Counted from the stretch's first letter, positions 30,442-40,906 are shown. The stretch: DNA of 64,000 nucleotides from Polyangiaceae bacterium (GCA_044376115.1 JBILLK010000011.1:224001-288000); one strand, 5' to 3'. Notes: generated from the sequence alone by a model not told the origin. Program-made: numbers and translations.

Positions 30442-30548
30442 GCTGCAAGCCTAGCCATAACTTCAGGCTTGGGCATCTTCCTCACGTACCCAGCTCGAGC
30501 TTGGTGATCCAAGCAGCAACTTGGCGACGGATGGTCTAGCTTCCTCGT

Positions 30549-31895
30549 ATGGACGCAACCTCATTGGAGTCGCTCGAGATCGCGCTCCAAGCGAGCCCTG
30601 ACAATTCCGCTCTCCGCCTCGTGGTGGTGCGCGGATGGTTGAGCTTAGGGATGGGAGAGCGGGCTGGCCGAGTGGCCGCTGCCGCATCACCAGATTTGGC
30701 GATCGATGAGGCGGGGCAGCGGGATTTCGCTAGAGCCTTGGCGCTGGTTGAAAAGTGGCCGGCTGCGCTTGGGTATCTCAGTGGCACTGAGCCGGAGACG
30801 CTGCTCGAACGCTCGCGGGTGCTGCTCGCGCTCGAGCGCCGAACGGACGCAGCCGAGAGTTACCGCTTGGCTGTGCAGAAGAACCCCACGCTCGAAGATG
30901 AGAAGCTGGCAGCTCTCTTGCGTTCGCGTGAGCCCGAGGCGGTCAAAGCCAGGCCCGGGGCGCCGCGTCTTCGCGTGGTCGCTAATGATGATACCGATAA
31001 GAGCGCCGTCCAGAAGTTGGTCCAAGCTGAAGCCCCAAGGCTCGCGTTCAAGGACGTTGGCGGGCTTAGTGAAGTAAAATCGGAGATCCACCGACGTATC
31101 GTCCTCCCATTTCAGAAGCCTTCCTTGTTTGAACGCTTTCGAAAGCGAGCGGGAGGCGGCGTTCTTTTGTACGGGCCACCCGGGTGCGGCAAGACGTTGC
31201 TCGCTCGTGCAACGGCAGGCGAGTGCACGGCCACCTTCATGGCCGTGGCGATCAGCGACATCCTCGATATGTATATTGGGGAGTCCGAACGGAAGCTACA
31301 CGCCATCTTTGAAGAAGCGCGAAGGAAGCCCCCCGCAGTGCTCTTCTTCGATGAACTCGAAGCGCTTGCGGGGAAACGGAAGGCCTCGCGAGACGGCGTC
31401 GCAGCCAAGATCGTCAGTCAGTTTTTGTCGGAGATGGACGGCTTCGCGCAAAACAACAAGGGCGTTCTCATTCTCGGCGCAACCAACGTTCCGTGGGAGA
31501 TTGACGCGGCGTTTCGCAGGCCAGGCCGGTTTGATCGGGTGCTGTTCGTACCCCCGCCGGATCGCGAAGCACGTGCCGCGATCATCGACATCCTCCTGCG
31601 TGATAGGCCAGTAGCTGAGGTCGATCGCGAGGGGCTCTCCAACGTGACCACTGGGTTTTCGGGCGCTGATCTCGAGAACGTCGTCGAGACCGCAGCTGAC
31701 TTCGCGATTGAAGAGTCCATTCGACTGGGACAAGAGGTACCCATCCGCCAGGAGCACGTGCAGAAGGCTTTGGCGTCGGTACGGCCAACGACCACGGAGT
31801 GGCTTTCTTCGGCCAGAAATTTCGCTCGCTACGCCAATGAAGGTGGCCAGTACGATGAGGTCCTCGCCTTCCTGAAGAAGCATGGGAAGGCTTAG
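30549..31895 (+). CDS. AAA+ ATPase with N-terminal TPR-like region
   Basis: Walker A GPPGCGKT, Walker B LFFDE, SRH AAFRRPGRFDR. Confidence 0.92.
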   Translation: MDATSLESLEIALQASPDNSALRLVVVRGWLSLGMGERAGRVAAAASPDLAIDEAGQRDFARALALVEKWPAALGYLSGTEPETLLERSRVLLALERRTDAAESYRLAVQKNPTLEDEKLAALLRSREPEAVKARPGAPRLRVVANDDTDKSAVQKLVQAEAPRLAFKDVGGLSEVKSEIHRRIVLPFQKPSLFERFRKRAGGGVLLYGPPGCGKTLLARATAGECTATFMAVAISDILDMYIGESERKLHAIFEEARRKPPAVLFFDELEALAGKRKASRDGVAAKIVSQFLSEMDGFAQNNKGVLILGATNVPWEIDAAFRRPGRFDRVLFVPPPDREARAAIIDILLRDRPVAEVDREGLSNVTTGFSGADLENVVETAADFAIEESIRLGQEVPIRQEHVQKALASVRPTTTEWLSSARNFARYANEGGQYDEVLAFLKKHGKA

Positions 31896-31898
31896 GGC

Positions 31899-32393
31899 GT
31901 GGACCGGTTCTCGACCCGGCGGGTGCCTTATGCCATCCCCGATGAGCCTGCCCCGACGCTGTATCAGCGTTTTGTCGTAACGCCGACTGCCACTTTGCTC
32001 GGGGTCATGTTGGGGGGCTCGCTAGTCGGCCTTCCTTGGATGGCCCTCAACGGCTTTGCGATGGGATCGGCCCACCGCAAGCGCGAGGCTGGGATCGCGC
32101 TCGCTACGCTGCTCGCCACGGTGGCGGCGTTGCTGCTGCTATTGGGGCTCAACGCTACGGGAGTCATCTCCGCCCGAACGTTCAACTACCTTGGCCTCTT
32201 GGTCCACGCTTTGAGGCTCGCGGGCGCCTATATTGTATATCAGTCCCAGCAACGGAGCTTCGAGCTATACCTTTATTTTGGTGGAGTCGCCTCGAATCGC
32301 GGCTGGCTGTTTGCGTTCCTGTTGATGGCGCTGCGTCTCGTGCTCGCATCAGCGTTGCGGCAGGGGCCGCTGTCGGTGTTGGCGAGGTATTGA
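31899..32393 (+). CDS. Small membrane protein
   Basis: About four hydrophobic helices; tightly packed between the AAA and TPR genes. Confidence 0.7.
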   Translation: MDRFSTRRVPYAIPDEPAPTLYQRFVVTPTATLLGVMLGGSLVGLPWMALNGFAMGSAHRKREAGIALATLLATVAALLLLLGLNATGVISARTFNYLGLLVHALRLAGAYIVYQSQQRSFELYLYFGGVASNRGWLFAFLLMALRLVLASALRQGPLSVLARY

Positions 32394-33319
32394 TGGAGGA
32401 CGTCGAGCGACTGTTGCAGCGGGGGCGCGAGCACTTTGCGCGCGGCTCGCACGCCTTGGCCGTCGAAGCATTTCGGCAGGCGCTGACCGAGGACCCTGAC
32501 AACTCCGAAGGCCATGCGCTACTCGCGCTGACCTTGCACGCCTTACGTCGCCTCGCTGCCGCCGAGGTCGAGGCGGGGCGGGCCCTGACGCTGGATCCGG
32601 AGTCAGCCTTCGCTCACCTAGCGATGGCTAGGGTTCTGGTCGGGGCGCGTCGTTTCGACGCCGCGCGAGCCCACACCGAAACAGCCGTTTCGCTCGAGCA
32701 TGAGAGCGCCTTCGTGCTGACGACCGCAGCGAGCGTTCGTTTCGCGATGGCGGAATATGAAGCGGCGCACGAATGGGCGGTGCGAGCGCGGGAGATCGAG
32801 CCCGAGGACGCTGGGGTGTTGGCACTGCTCGGGAGCATCGCTTACGCCCGCGGTGACTACCCGAGTGCGGGTCAGTTCGCTTTATCCGCGTTGACCTTGG
32901 AGCCCGACAACGTCGACGCGCTCGTGCTCCAGGGACTGCTCCTGCTTCGACGTGGCGCCGTGAACGAGGCGCGTGAGCATGCTCTCGCCGCTCTGCGCGA
33001 GGAACCGAATGATCGTGACGCGCTTTCGCTGCTGGTCGCCGTGAAGGCGCGGTCGAGTCTGACGCTCGGCTTATGGTGGCGAATCAATACCTTTCTTTGG
33101 CAGGGCAAGACCTCGCGGGCCATCGTGCTCTTGATCGGCATGTTCCTAACCACCAACGCCGCGCGGATGTTGCTCGATGACTACGGATTGCATAGGGCGT
33201 CAGAGCTAGTTGGCTATTTTTGGTTGGCGCTCTGTCTCTATTCATGGGTTGGCCCTGCGCGCTTCCAGGCCGCCCTCGAAAAGGAACTGGCTCCGGTCCA
33301 CTTGGACCCGCGCTTCTAG
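32393..33319 (+). CDS. TPR-repeat protein with C-terminal membrane helices
   Basis: Start MEDVER overlaps the upstream stop (TGATG); repeated AL.xDP TPR motifs; two TM helices. Confidence 0.82.
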   Translation: MEDVERLLQRGREHFARGSHALAVEAFRQALTEDPDNSEGHALLALTLHALRRLAAAEVEAGRALTLDPESAFAHLAMARVLVGARRFDAARAHTETAVSLEHESAFVLTTAASVRFAMAEYEAAHEWAVRAREIEPEDAGVLALLGSIAYARGDYPSAGQFALSALTLEPDNVDALVLQGLLLLRRGAVNEAREHALAALREEPNDRDALSLLVAVKARSSLTLGLWWRINTFLWQGKTSRAIVLLIGMFLTTNAARMLLDDYGLHRASELVGYFWLALCLYSWVGPARFQAALEKELAPVHLDPRF

Positions 33320-33323
33320 GCAT

Positions 33324-34154
33324 ATGGCACGCCACACTCGTTGGGAGCACCCCACGCTCGGCCCGTTGACCGATGACAGACTGACTGTCGACTATCGAGT
33401 ATGGCAGCGCAAGCATGGGCATCGCTTCTCGTCTGACGACGTCGTCACGGCCTTCATGGCTCATCAAGCGCTGCCAGCCCCGTCCACCCATATCGACCTC
33501 GGGACCGGGCTCGGATCGGTGCTCCTGCTATTGGCCTGGAAGAACCAAGAGGTTCGCTCGGTGGGGATTGAGGCGCAGCTCACGAGCTTCACCCTGCTGC
33601 TCGAGAACGTGGCCCGCAATCACCTGGCCCATCGTGTTCGAACGGTCTTCGGAGACTTGCGCGAGCCGGAGGTTCTAGCGCAGGCAACGGAGGGCTTTGG
33701 CACCTTCGAGTTGGTTACCGGCACCCCGCCTTACTTCCCGCCAGGCAAGGCCTCCGATGCTCGGGACCGGCAGCGGACCCTCGCGCGGATAGAAGAGCGT
33801 GGTGGTGTTGAAGCGTATATCGACTCCGCTTGCAAAGTTCTTTCGCCGAGCGGCACGTTTGTACTCTGCGGCGACAGTCGCGCGGAGTCGCGGGTACGAG
33901 CGCACTTGGCAGCGACGCCGCTGTCCCTCGTCTCGCAGTGTGACGTCATCCCGCGCTTCGGCCGGCCGGCGCTCTTTTCAGTCTGGACGATTCGCTGGCG
34001 CGACGCGGTTCCGCCGACTGAGGCAGACCCGTTGCAACGGTCAGCTCAGGTCGCCCCGCTAAACACCTTCACCCTTCGCGACGTTGACGGTTCACCGACC
34101 CCGGACGCGGCTCGCCTTCGCGTCTTTTCGGGCTTTGATAAGCCGGACCTCTAA
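33324..34154 (+). CDS. SAM-dependent methyltransferase (TrmN6/YfiC-like)
   Basis: GHRFSSDD, IDLGTGLGS, GTPPYF. Confidence 0.8.
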   Translation: MARHTRWEHPTLGPLTDDRLTVDYRVWQRKHGHRFSSDDVVTAFMAHQALPAPSTHIDLGTGLGSVLLLLAWKNQEVRSVGIEAQLTSFTLLLENVARNHLAHRVRTVFGDLREPEVLAQATEGFGTFELVTGTPPYFPPGKASDARDRQRTLARIEERGGVEAYIDSACKVLSPSGTFVLCGDSRAESRVRAHLAATPLSLVSQCDVIPRFGRPALFSVWTIRWRDAVPPTEADPLQRSAQVAPLNTFTLRDVDGSPTPDAARLRVFSGFDKPDL

Positions 34155-34156
34155 CG

Positions 34157-34237
34157 TCGGCGCGAGTCATTCCGCCGCGCTCTCGCGGAGAAACGGCCTC
34201 AGGCCCCTTCCTCATAGGAAGTTCGGCGCGAGTCATT
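34157..34237. repeat. 15-bp direct repeat in an intergenic region
   Basis: TCGGCGCGAGTCATT at 34157-34171 and 34223-34237. Confidence 0.8.
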
Positions 34238-34274
34238 TCGTGTCGTCTGTTGGTTATCGCTAAGATGGCCCGCG

Positions 34275-35792
34275 ATGGCGACCGTCACCTCATCAGGCGT
34301 AAGCGAAGCAAATGGCATTGTCTCGCTGACGAGCGAGCTTCAATCCGACTACATCAATCACGACCTAGCGCCGACCAAGCTCGCTGAGCGCAAGTGGGGG
34401 GTGTTCAGCATCGCCGCTCTGTGGATCTCGATGTCTGCTTGTGTTCCGACGTACACCCTTGCTTCTTCGCTGATTCAGGGAGGTATGAATTGGTGGCAGG
34501 CCGTGCTGACGATCTTCGCCGGCAACACCGTCGTGCTCGTGCCCATGATTCTCAACGCTCACGCCGGCACACGCTACGGGATCCCGTTTCCTGTCTATTG
34601 CCGAGCTGCGTTCGGAATGCTTGGCGCCAATATCCCCGCAATCTTGAGGGCATTGGTGGCCTGCGGTTGGTTCGGCATTCAGGCGTGGATTGGAGGGGCT
34701 GCCATCTATTCTATTCTAGCGGTGTTTATTCCGTCCTTCGCTCAGCAGGCACCCCTTCCGGTCCTGGGCATTAGCGTTAGCCAGTTCGGCTGTTTTATGC
34801 TGTTTTGGGCGCTCAATGTGTTGGTCATCTACAAGGGGATCGACTCGATTCGGCTGCTGCTCAACGTAAAAGCGCCGCTCTTGATCGCGATGGGGCTGTT
34901 ACTACTCTTTTGGGCGACGAGTAGAGCAGGGGGCTTCGGCCCGATGCTATCGACGCCGTCTCAGTTTGCTCCGGGAGGCAGTAAGGAAGGCCAGTTCTTC
35001 GACTTCTTCTTCCCGGCGTTGACTGGAGCGGTTGGCTTCTGGGCAACGCTCTCGCTAAACATCCCCGACTTTACTCGCTATGCAAAGTCGCAGAGAGACC
35101 AGGTCCTCGGGCAGACCTTGGGCTTGCCGACGACGATGGGGCTCTACTCATTTATCGGTGTCGCGGTCACCTCGGCTACCGTGGTTATTTACGGTGAGGC
35201 GGTATGGGACCCGGTGGTACTGGTCGCCAAGTTCGATCACCCAGCCCTATTGGTGGTCGGTCTTGGCTCGCTCGCGCTGGCGACCCTAGCGACGAACATT
35301 GCTGCCAATGTCGTAAGCCCAGCCAATGACTTTGCGAACATCGCGCCCAAGTCAATCTCGTTCAAAATGGGCGGTTACATCACGGCCTTTATCGGCATCA
35401 TCATCATGCCGTGGAAGCTCGTGGCTGATCCGAGCGGCTATATCTTTACGTGGCTCATTGGGTATTCAGCGCTGCTCGGTTCCATCGGTGGAGTGCTGAT
35501 CGGAGATTACTTCATTGTTCGCAAGCGTTCGCTCGACTTGCCCGGCCTCTATGCAGGGGAGGGTGGGCCCTATTGGTACAAAAGCGGCTTCAATCCGGCC
35601 GCGGCGATCGCGCTGATGCTGGGCATTCTGCCCAACCTCCCGGGGTTTCTGACGGTGGTCAAGTGGGCCAGCTTCGGCGAGTTTTGGACCAACCTGTACA
35701 ACTACGCCTGGTTCGTCGGTTTCTTTATCTCCATGGGCTCGTACGTGCTCCTCAGCGCACTCGGCCGGACCAAGCCGGCCGCACGAACCTAG
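34275..35792 (+). CDS. NCS1-family nucleobase:cation symporter
   Basis: GTRYGIPFPV, CGWFGIQ, NIPDFTRY, NIAANVVSPAND; about 12 TM helices. Confidence 0.95.
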   Translation: MATVTSSGVSEANGIVSLTSELQSDYINHDLAPTKLAERKWGVFSIAALWISMSACVPTYTLASSLIQGGMNWWQAVLTIFAGNTVVLVPMILNAHAGTRYGIPFPVYCRAAFGMLGANIPAILRALVACGWFGIQAWIGGAAIYSILAVFIPSFAQQAPLPVLGISVSQFGCFMLFWALNVLVIYKGIDSIRLLLNVKAPLLIAMGLLLLFWATSRAGGFGPMLSTPSQFAPGGSKEGQFFDFFFPALTGAVGFWATLSLNIPDFTRYAKSQRDQVLGQTLGLPTTMGLYSFIGVAVTSATVVIYGEAVWDPVVLVAKFDHPALLVVGLGSLALATLATNIAANVVSPANDFANIAPKSISFKMGGYITAFIGIIIMPWKLVADPSGYIFTWLIGYSALLGSIGGVLIGDYFIVRKRSLDLPGLYAGEGGPYWYKSGFNPAAAIALMLGILPNLPGFLTVVKWASFGEFWTNLYNYAWFVGFFISMGSYVLLSALGRTKPAART

Positions 35793-35796
35793 GGGA

Positions 35797-37338
35797 TCAC
35801 TCGGAGGTGGCCGGCCTTATGCTTACAAGCTTGGCGTCGGCCTCACGGAACCGCTCTGCAACGGCACGCACAAACGCGCCCATCCAGGGGTTGCGGTCGA
35901 GCTCGCGGTCCAGTGCGTCACGGGTGACGATCTTTACGCTGCAGGGCTCGAGGGCAACGACCGTCGCTGAGCGCGGCTTCGCAGTAAACACAGCCGTCTC
36001 CCCGAAGACGTCTCCCGGCTCCAGCACGCGCAGCGGCACCTTTTGGCCGTCGATGGTCTTGAACACCTCGCAGCGGCCGCTCGCGAGTACGTAGGCAACG
36101 GAGCCGGGCTCGCCTTCAGCGATGATGGTCTCTCCGGCAGCATAGGTCCTCGTCCGGAACCAGCCGCCTCCCCGCAAGAAGGCCTCAATGTCTTGTCCGA
36201 GTTCTTCTGCGTTGGCGTAGCGGTCCTCGGGATCTGGCGAAAGCGCTTTCATGGTGATGCGCGCGAGCTCGGGCGGTGCGTCTTCCAGCGCGCTCTCATC
36301 GATTTCGCAGCGCCTTGCCTTCTCGAGCGAGGCAATGCTGGTCGCGGCGTGGTGCGGCCCCTTGCCGGTCAGGATCGCGTACAGCATCGCGCCTAGACCG
36401 AAGATGTCTGTTCGTGGGCTGAGCGCCGATACGTGCCCATGCGCTTGCTCCGGGGCCATGAACGATGGCGTTCCAGCGATCTCGTGTTTGGGCGGCTCCA
36501 CACTGTCAGAGGGCCGACCGCCGTTGAGCACGAGCGCTAGTCCCCAATCCATCACGTACACCTGACCGTGACTACCAATTAGAATGTTGTCCGGCTTGAG
36601 GTCGCGGTGAATCACCCTGCGGCTATGTGCAAAGGCTATCGCCTCGCAGACGCGGGTGAACGCGCCTAGCAGTTTCTCGAGCGGGCGACCGTACAAGCCA
36701 AACTTGTGATGCGTCGCGATCAGGAAGGCCAGCGACTCGCCGCGCACGAGCTTCATAGTGAAGTAAGACTTCGAGCCGTCGGCCTCCACGCCGAAGTCGT
36801 GTACCGGCACGACTCCCGGGTGGTCGAGTTGCCCGGTGATCTGGGCTTCCTCGAGAAAGCGCAACGTACCGACGGTCCCCGAACGCTCGGACTCGAGGAC
36901 TTTCATCGCCGCTTCCCGACCAAGAACGCGGTCGAAGACGCGGGTCACTACGCCCATGCCGCCGGCTCCGAGAAAGTCGATTTCATCGTAGCGACCTGGC
37001 TGGGACATCTTCGCGATCTCCGCGAGCCTCGGGTTTTGAGCTTCGCGTCGCGGCGTTGTTGCTTTGGTCTCCTCGCCTTGCGCGGCTTGCGCCCGTGGGC
37101 TTGCGTTGCGGGTCTCACTCTTGTCGGGTGAGCGCTCTGCCTCGCCTTCGACCTGCGGTGCCCGCGTCGAAAGGAAGATCGACAGGGCGGAGCTGAGTCC
37201 TGGAGATGCAAGCGTCGCGGCTGTTCCCAGGGCTCGAACGAAGTCTTCCGGAATCGTGCATTGAACCGACGGAGTGGCCTCGCCTTCCTCCGCGGCCTTA
37301 CGCTCGCGTGGTTTCGAGCGCTCTGATTCTGCTGTCAC
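35797..37338 (-). CDS. Ser/Thr protein kinase with C-terminal cyclic-nucleotide-binding domain
   Basis: GAGGMG, HRDLKPDN, DWG, GTPSFMAPE; C-terminal GDVFGE...PRSATV cNMP signature. Confidence 0.9.
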   Translation of the reverse strand: MTAESERSKPRERKAAEEGEATPSVQCTIPEDFVRALGTAATLASPGLSSALSIFLSTRAPQVEGEAERSPDKSETRNASPRAQAAQGEETKATTPRREAQNPRLAEIAKMSQPGRYDEIDFLGAGGMGVVTRVFDRVLGREAAMKVLESERSGTVGTLRFLEEAQITGQLDHPGVVPVHDFGVEADGSKSYFTMKLVRGESLAFLIATHHKFGLYGRPLEKLLGAFTRVCEAIAFAHSRRVIHRDLKPDNILIGSHGQVYVMDWGLALVLNGGRPSDSVEPPKHEIAGTPSFMAPEQAHGHVSALSPRTDIFGLGAMLYAILTGKGPHHAATSIASLEKARRCEIDESALEDAPPELARITMKALSPDPEDRYANAEELGQDIEAFLRGGGWFRTRTYAAGETIIAEGEPGSVAYVLASGRCEVFKTIDGQKVPLRVLEPGDVFGETAVFTAKPRSATVVALEPCSVKIVTRDALDRELDRNPWMGAFVRAVAERFREADAKLVSIRPATSE

Positions 37339-37423
37339 CTTTGCTCGCTCCTCCGCCCGAAGCTACCACGCCGCGTCCCGCGTTGAGAGCGTACGTTTTT
37401 GCGCACCTTTGCTCTAGGTGCCC

Positions 37424-38281
37424 CTACTTGGCTGCTCGCGGCCGGCGGCGACGCACCACGCGAGGTGCGTCGGCTAGCAGCATCAGCCGCAGGGCCCGCG
37501 CCGCAGCGGACAACCGCTCGGCCCCGCGCGATATCAGGTGCAGTGGTCGCGCCAGTGGGGTGCGCCGGTCCGGCAGCTCGACGAGCCTACCGAGGCTCAG
37601 GTCCGTCGCTACGGCGGTGCGGCTTATCAGTGCAACCCCGAGTCCTGCGCGCACGCTGCCCTTCACGGTCGAAATACTCGCTAGCTCCATCGCGACAGGA
37701 AGCTCAGGGAAGTAACGATCGACCAGCTCCCTCACCGCGCTGCCTTGGGTGAAGGTGATGAGCGGTAGCGACGCGGTCTCGACGGCTGGGGGGCCAACCA
37801 GAATGACCGTCTCATCGCGGAACAACTCCCCTCGCTTGGGCGAGGTCGCTACCACCAGATCGAGCTCGCCCGCGTCAAAGGCGGTAACCGCCAATTGTTC
37901 GGGCATCTCACGCAGTCGGACGGTGACCCCTGGGTGCTCGCGACGGAAGGCAGACAACACGGGCGGTAGCAGGTAACTGCAAGCGGTTGACCCGCCACCG
38001 ACCCGCACCTCGCCGGCCTCCAGCCGCTCGAGGGCGAGCACCGCACGTTCGCCCTCGTCGAGCGCGACGACAGCCGCGCGAGCGTGAGGCAAGAGCGCGC
38101 TGCCAGCTGCGGTGAGCCTCGCGCCGTACCGCCCGCGATCAAAGAGCCGGCAGTCCAAGGAATCCTCGAGTCTGCGAATCGAAGCTGTCAAGGCCGGTTG
38201 CGTTACGCGCGCTTTGCGAGCTGCAAGCGTGAAGGTTCCGGCTTCGGCGATCAGCAGAAAGTGGCGAATCGGCTCAAGCAT
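37424..38281 (-). CDS. LysR-family transcriptional regulator
   Basis: TFTLAARKARVTQPALTASIRRLE HTH. Confidence 0.92.
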   Translation of the reverse strand: MLEPIRHFLLIAEAGTFTLAARKARVTQPALTASIRRLEDSLDCRLFDRGRYGARLTAAGSALLPHARAAVVALDEGERAVLALERLEAGEVRVGGGSTACSYLLPPVLSAFRREHPGVTVRLREMPEQLAVTAFDAGELDLVVATSPKRGELFRDETVILVGPPAVETASLPLITFTQGSAVRELVDRYFPELPVAMELASISTVKGSVRAGLGVALISRTAVATDLSLGRLVELPDRRTPLARPLHLISRGAERLSAAARALRLMLLADAPRVVRRRRPRAAK

Positions 38282-38352
38282 AACCAAATATTATCGAAAG
38301 AAGCCAAAAGCATCATTGGAAGTTGTTCTTCGTGGGCTCCAGAACCCTGACT

Positions 38353-39063
38353 ATGAGTTTGCTACTGGCCTTGGGAATCGTCGCGGGGATCCTTACGACC
38401 GTCGCGGGTATGGGCGGGGGCCTGCTGCTGGTTTCGGTGGTGGGACTGCTTCGCGGGCCCCATGAGGCGTTGGCGCTCACCTCACCAGCGTTGATGCTCT
38501 CCAACTTGCACCGGACCTGGATGTTCCGGGCCTCAGTCGATAGGCGAGTGGCGATGCTGGTGGCTGCCGGAACGGTCCCGGGTGCTCTGCTCGGGGGCTT
38601 ACTGTTGTCACGGCTACCCGAGCTTTGGGTTACAGGCTTGATGCTTGCGACGACGGTGGTTGCGCTGTTGCGGGCGCGGGGATTGGTGAAGCTGCGGGTG
38701 GGGCGAGGTGCTCTGTTCGCGGCGGGAAGCGCGATCGGTGCACTTGCTGCAACCTCGGGCGGGGCTGGTTTTCTGATTGCCCCGCTGTTGATGTCGAGCG
38801 GCCTGCGTGGTCAGGTCTACGTCGCGACCATCTCCTGTTGCGCCGTTGCCCTGCACCTGGGTCGAATCCTGGGCTATGGCCTATCCGGACTGCTTCGCCC
38901 GGAGCTTCTGCAACCTACAGCGGTATTGCTCGCAGGGCTCCTCATCGGCAACGTCATAGCGAGTCGGTTGCGTTCACGCATTCCGGGCACGTTGGAGCCA
39001 AAGTTGGAGTTGGCCGCGCTGTTGATTACGACGTTGTTCTCCCTCGTGGGCGTGGCGCGCTGA
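38353..39063 (+). CDS. Sulfite exporter TauE/SafE-family membrane protein
   Basis: AGMGGGLL motif, internal duplication, many TM helices; divergent from LysR. Confidence 0.8.
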   Translation: MSLLLALGIVAGILTTVAGMGGGLLLVSVVGLLRGPHEALALTSPALMLSNLHRTWMFRASVDRRVAMLVAAGTVPGALLGGLLLSRLPELWVTGLMLATTVVALLRARGLVKLRVGRGALFAAGSAIGALAATSGGAGFLIAPLLMSSGLRGQVYVATISCCAVALHLGRILGYGLSGLLRPELLQPTAVLLAGLLIGNVIASRLRSRIPGTLEPKLELAALLITTLFSLVGVAR

Positions 39064-39087
39064 ACCGTGGTGTTGTGGGCGCGCCAG

Positions 39088-40881
39088 CTAGATAGTCAAC
39101 TCGCTGGAGTTGGGGATGCTGGAGGCCCGTAGGGGCGGGAGGATCGACGGCTGCTTGGCAAAGTCGCGCGGGAAGAGAAACCGCATGGTTGTCCCCACGC
39201 CTAGGCTCGTCTCAATCTCGATGCGGCCACCTAGCTCGCCACAGGCGGATTTGAGTGCGCTCATACCAACGCCGCGGCCGGAGGTCTCGTTGGCTTGGTC
39301 GCGGGTTGAGACGCCATCGGTAAAGAGGGCTTCGATCAGATCCTCTTTGCTCGTACACGGCAGCCCTGCCTTGTTGGCTTTTGAACGAATCGTCTCCCAG
39401 TCGATCCCAGCGCCATCATCACGCAGCTCGACAATGATGTACTCAGCCGTGCGCGAGGCAATGAACTCGAGCTTGGCTGTTGCAGCCTTCCCCAACTCTG
39501 CTCGCTGATTCGCCGACTCAATGCCGTGATCGACGGCATTGCGCACCGCATGAACGAAGGCCGCCCAGAACGGTGCAAAGTGTCCTTTGCGTACGCGGAT
39601 GCCGTCCGCTTTGACGGTGGTGGCGATGGGAGCCTTTTCGAGCCGCTCACCCAATGCGACGGCCTGCTGAGCGAAGTTGACGAGTTGTCCTTGGACAGGG
39701 GAGAGCGCGAGGTTTTGCAGCTTCTCAAGCACATCGTGGCGGGAGCCATTGGCCGCCATCATCTTGTAGACCTCGGCGTACTCGGTCTTGGTCCAGGTCA
39801 CACCACCACTATCACTGCCGAGCAGGCCGCGGATGCTCTGCTCGAGCTGTTGCCAGCGGCTCTGCAGTAGCGCCTTCTCGCCTGGCTCAAGCATCGTTCC
39901 ACTGCTTAGGACGCGGTCCTCGAACGTGTGACAGAGGGCTGCGACGCTGGTCAACCCAAACAGTGAGGAGGCGCCCTTCAAGGTGTGAAGTTCCCGCGCG
40001 AGGTAGGCCATGGATGTGGCGCGGCCCGTCACCAACGACTCGACGATACGCGTGGCTTCCTCGAAGAAGGAGCGGAAGGACTCGCGATCTTGCGAGAGTC
40101 GTGAAAGCGCAGCCGATAGCTCTCGTTGCTCTGCGTCTAGCCGCTCCCGTTCCAGTTCGGCTGTCAGATCCCGCATGACGACCAGAACGTTGGAGAGAAC
40201 CCCATTCTGCAGCAGCGGTTGATAGGTAACTCCGAGCGGGATGCCACTTACGTCGAGCCGCTTTGGCAGTTGGTCAATCGCGAGCTCGAGCGGCAGCACG
40301 TCATCCAACATCAGCTCCCAACAAACCTGAAGCTCCGCGGCATAACGAGGACACTTATCCGCAAGGAAGTCCCATAGCTTCGTGTCGGGCGCTGGCGCTC
40401 CAAGCCAGCGCGTGAGCGCAGCTGAACATTGAGTCGCCATGACCCCCGAGGCCTCGACCGTCACGAGCCCGTCGGAGACATTGTCCAGTAAGAAGCGTTG
40501 GGCGCGTTGCGCAGCCTCGAGATTGGAGATGTCACCAAATGCCGCCATGATGCGGCCAGGCCTTAGCTTCAAGAGGGTCAGCGTGAGCACCAAGGGCTCG
40601 CCGGACTCGCGTTGAATCGGGATGCGGTAGCCCTCACAGATCGGCCCGCGCTCCTCCTCGAAGCCGCTGATTAATCCTCGAATGCCGCTGTCAACGGTGT
40701 CGAGAATGTCCAATAGATTGGTGAGCTCCGGCGTGGGGGCAAACTCCATCAGCAGGTTGGCGCCCATCGAGTTCATCATGTCGATCGCCCCAGACTCGTC
40801 GATGCGGGCTAGTGCGAACGGACTGAGGTAAACAAACTCGAGCAGCTCTTCGTGCTGCTGATTCAGATCGATTTCCTGCAT
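39088..40881 (-). CDS. CheA-like histidine kinase (PAS-PAS-Hpt-HATPase, no CheW domain)
   Basis: ARELHTLKG (Hpt), VRNAVDHGIE, DDGAGID, SGRGVGM; two N-terminal PAS-like regions; no TM helix. Confidence 0.88.
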   Translation of the reverse strand: MQEIDLNQQHEELLEFVYLSPFALARIDESGAIDMMNSMGANLLMEFAPTPELTNLLDILDTVDSGIRGLISGFEEERGPICEGYRIPIQRESGEPLVLTLTLLKLRPGRIMAAFGDISNLEAAQRAQRFLLDNVSDGLVTVEASGVMATQCSAALTRWLGAPAPDTKLWDFLADKCPRYAAELQVCWELMLDDVLPLELAIDQLPKRLDVSGIPLGVTYQPLLQNGVLSNVLVVMRDLTAELERERLDAEQRELSAALSRLSQDRESFRSFFEEATRIVESLVTGRATSMAYLARELHTLKGASSLFGLTSVAALCHTFEDRVLSSGTMLEPGEKALLQSRWQQLEQSIRGLLGSDSGGVTWTKTEYAEVYKMMAANGSRHDVLEKLQNLALSPVQGQLVNFAQQAVALGERLEKAPIATTVKADGIRVRKGHFAPFWAAFVHAVRNAVDHGIESANQRAELGKAATAKLEFIASRTAEYIIVELRDDGAGIDWETIRSKANKAGLPCTSKEDLIEALFTDGVSTRDQANETSGRGVGMSALKSACGELGGRIEIETSLGVGTTMRFLFPRDFAKQPSILPPLRASSIPNSSELTI

Positions 40882-40906
40882 GGAAGTGCCCTTTCAAGTG
40901 TCTAGT

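Noticed and set aside
39088..40881. Canonical chemotaxis cheA
   Set aside because: No CheW domain, Hpt is internal after PAS domains, and there are no MCP, cheW, cheY, cheR or cheB genes nearby
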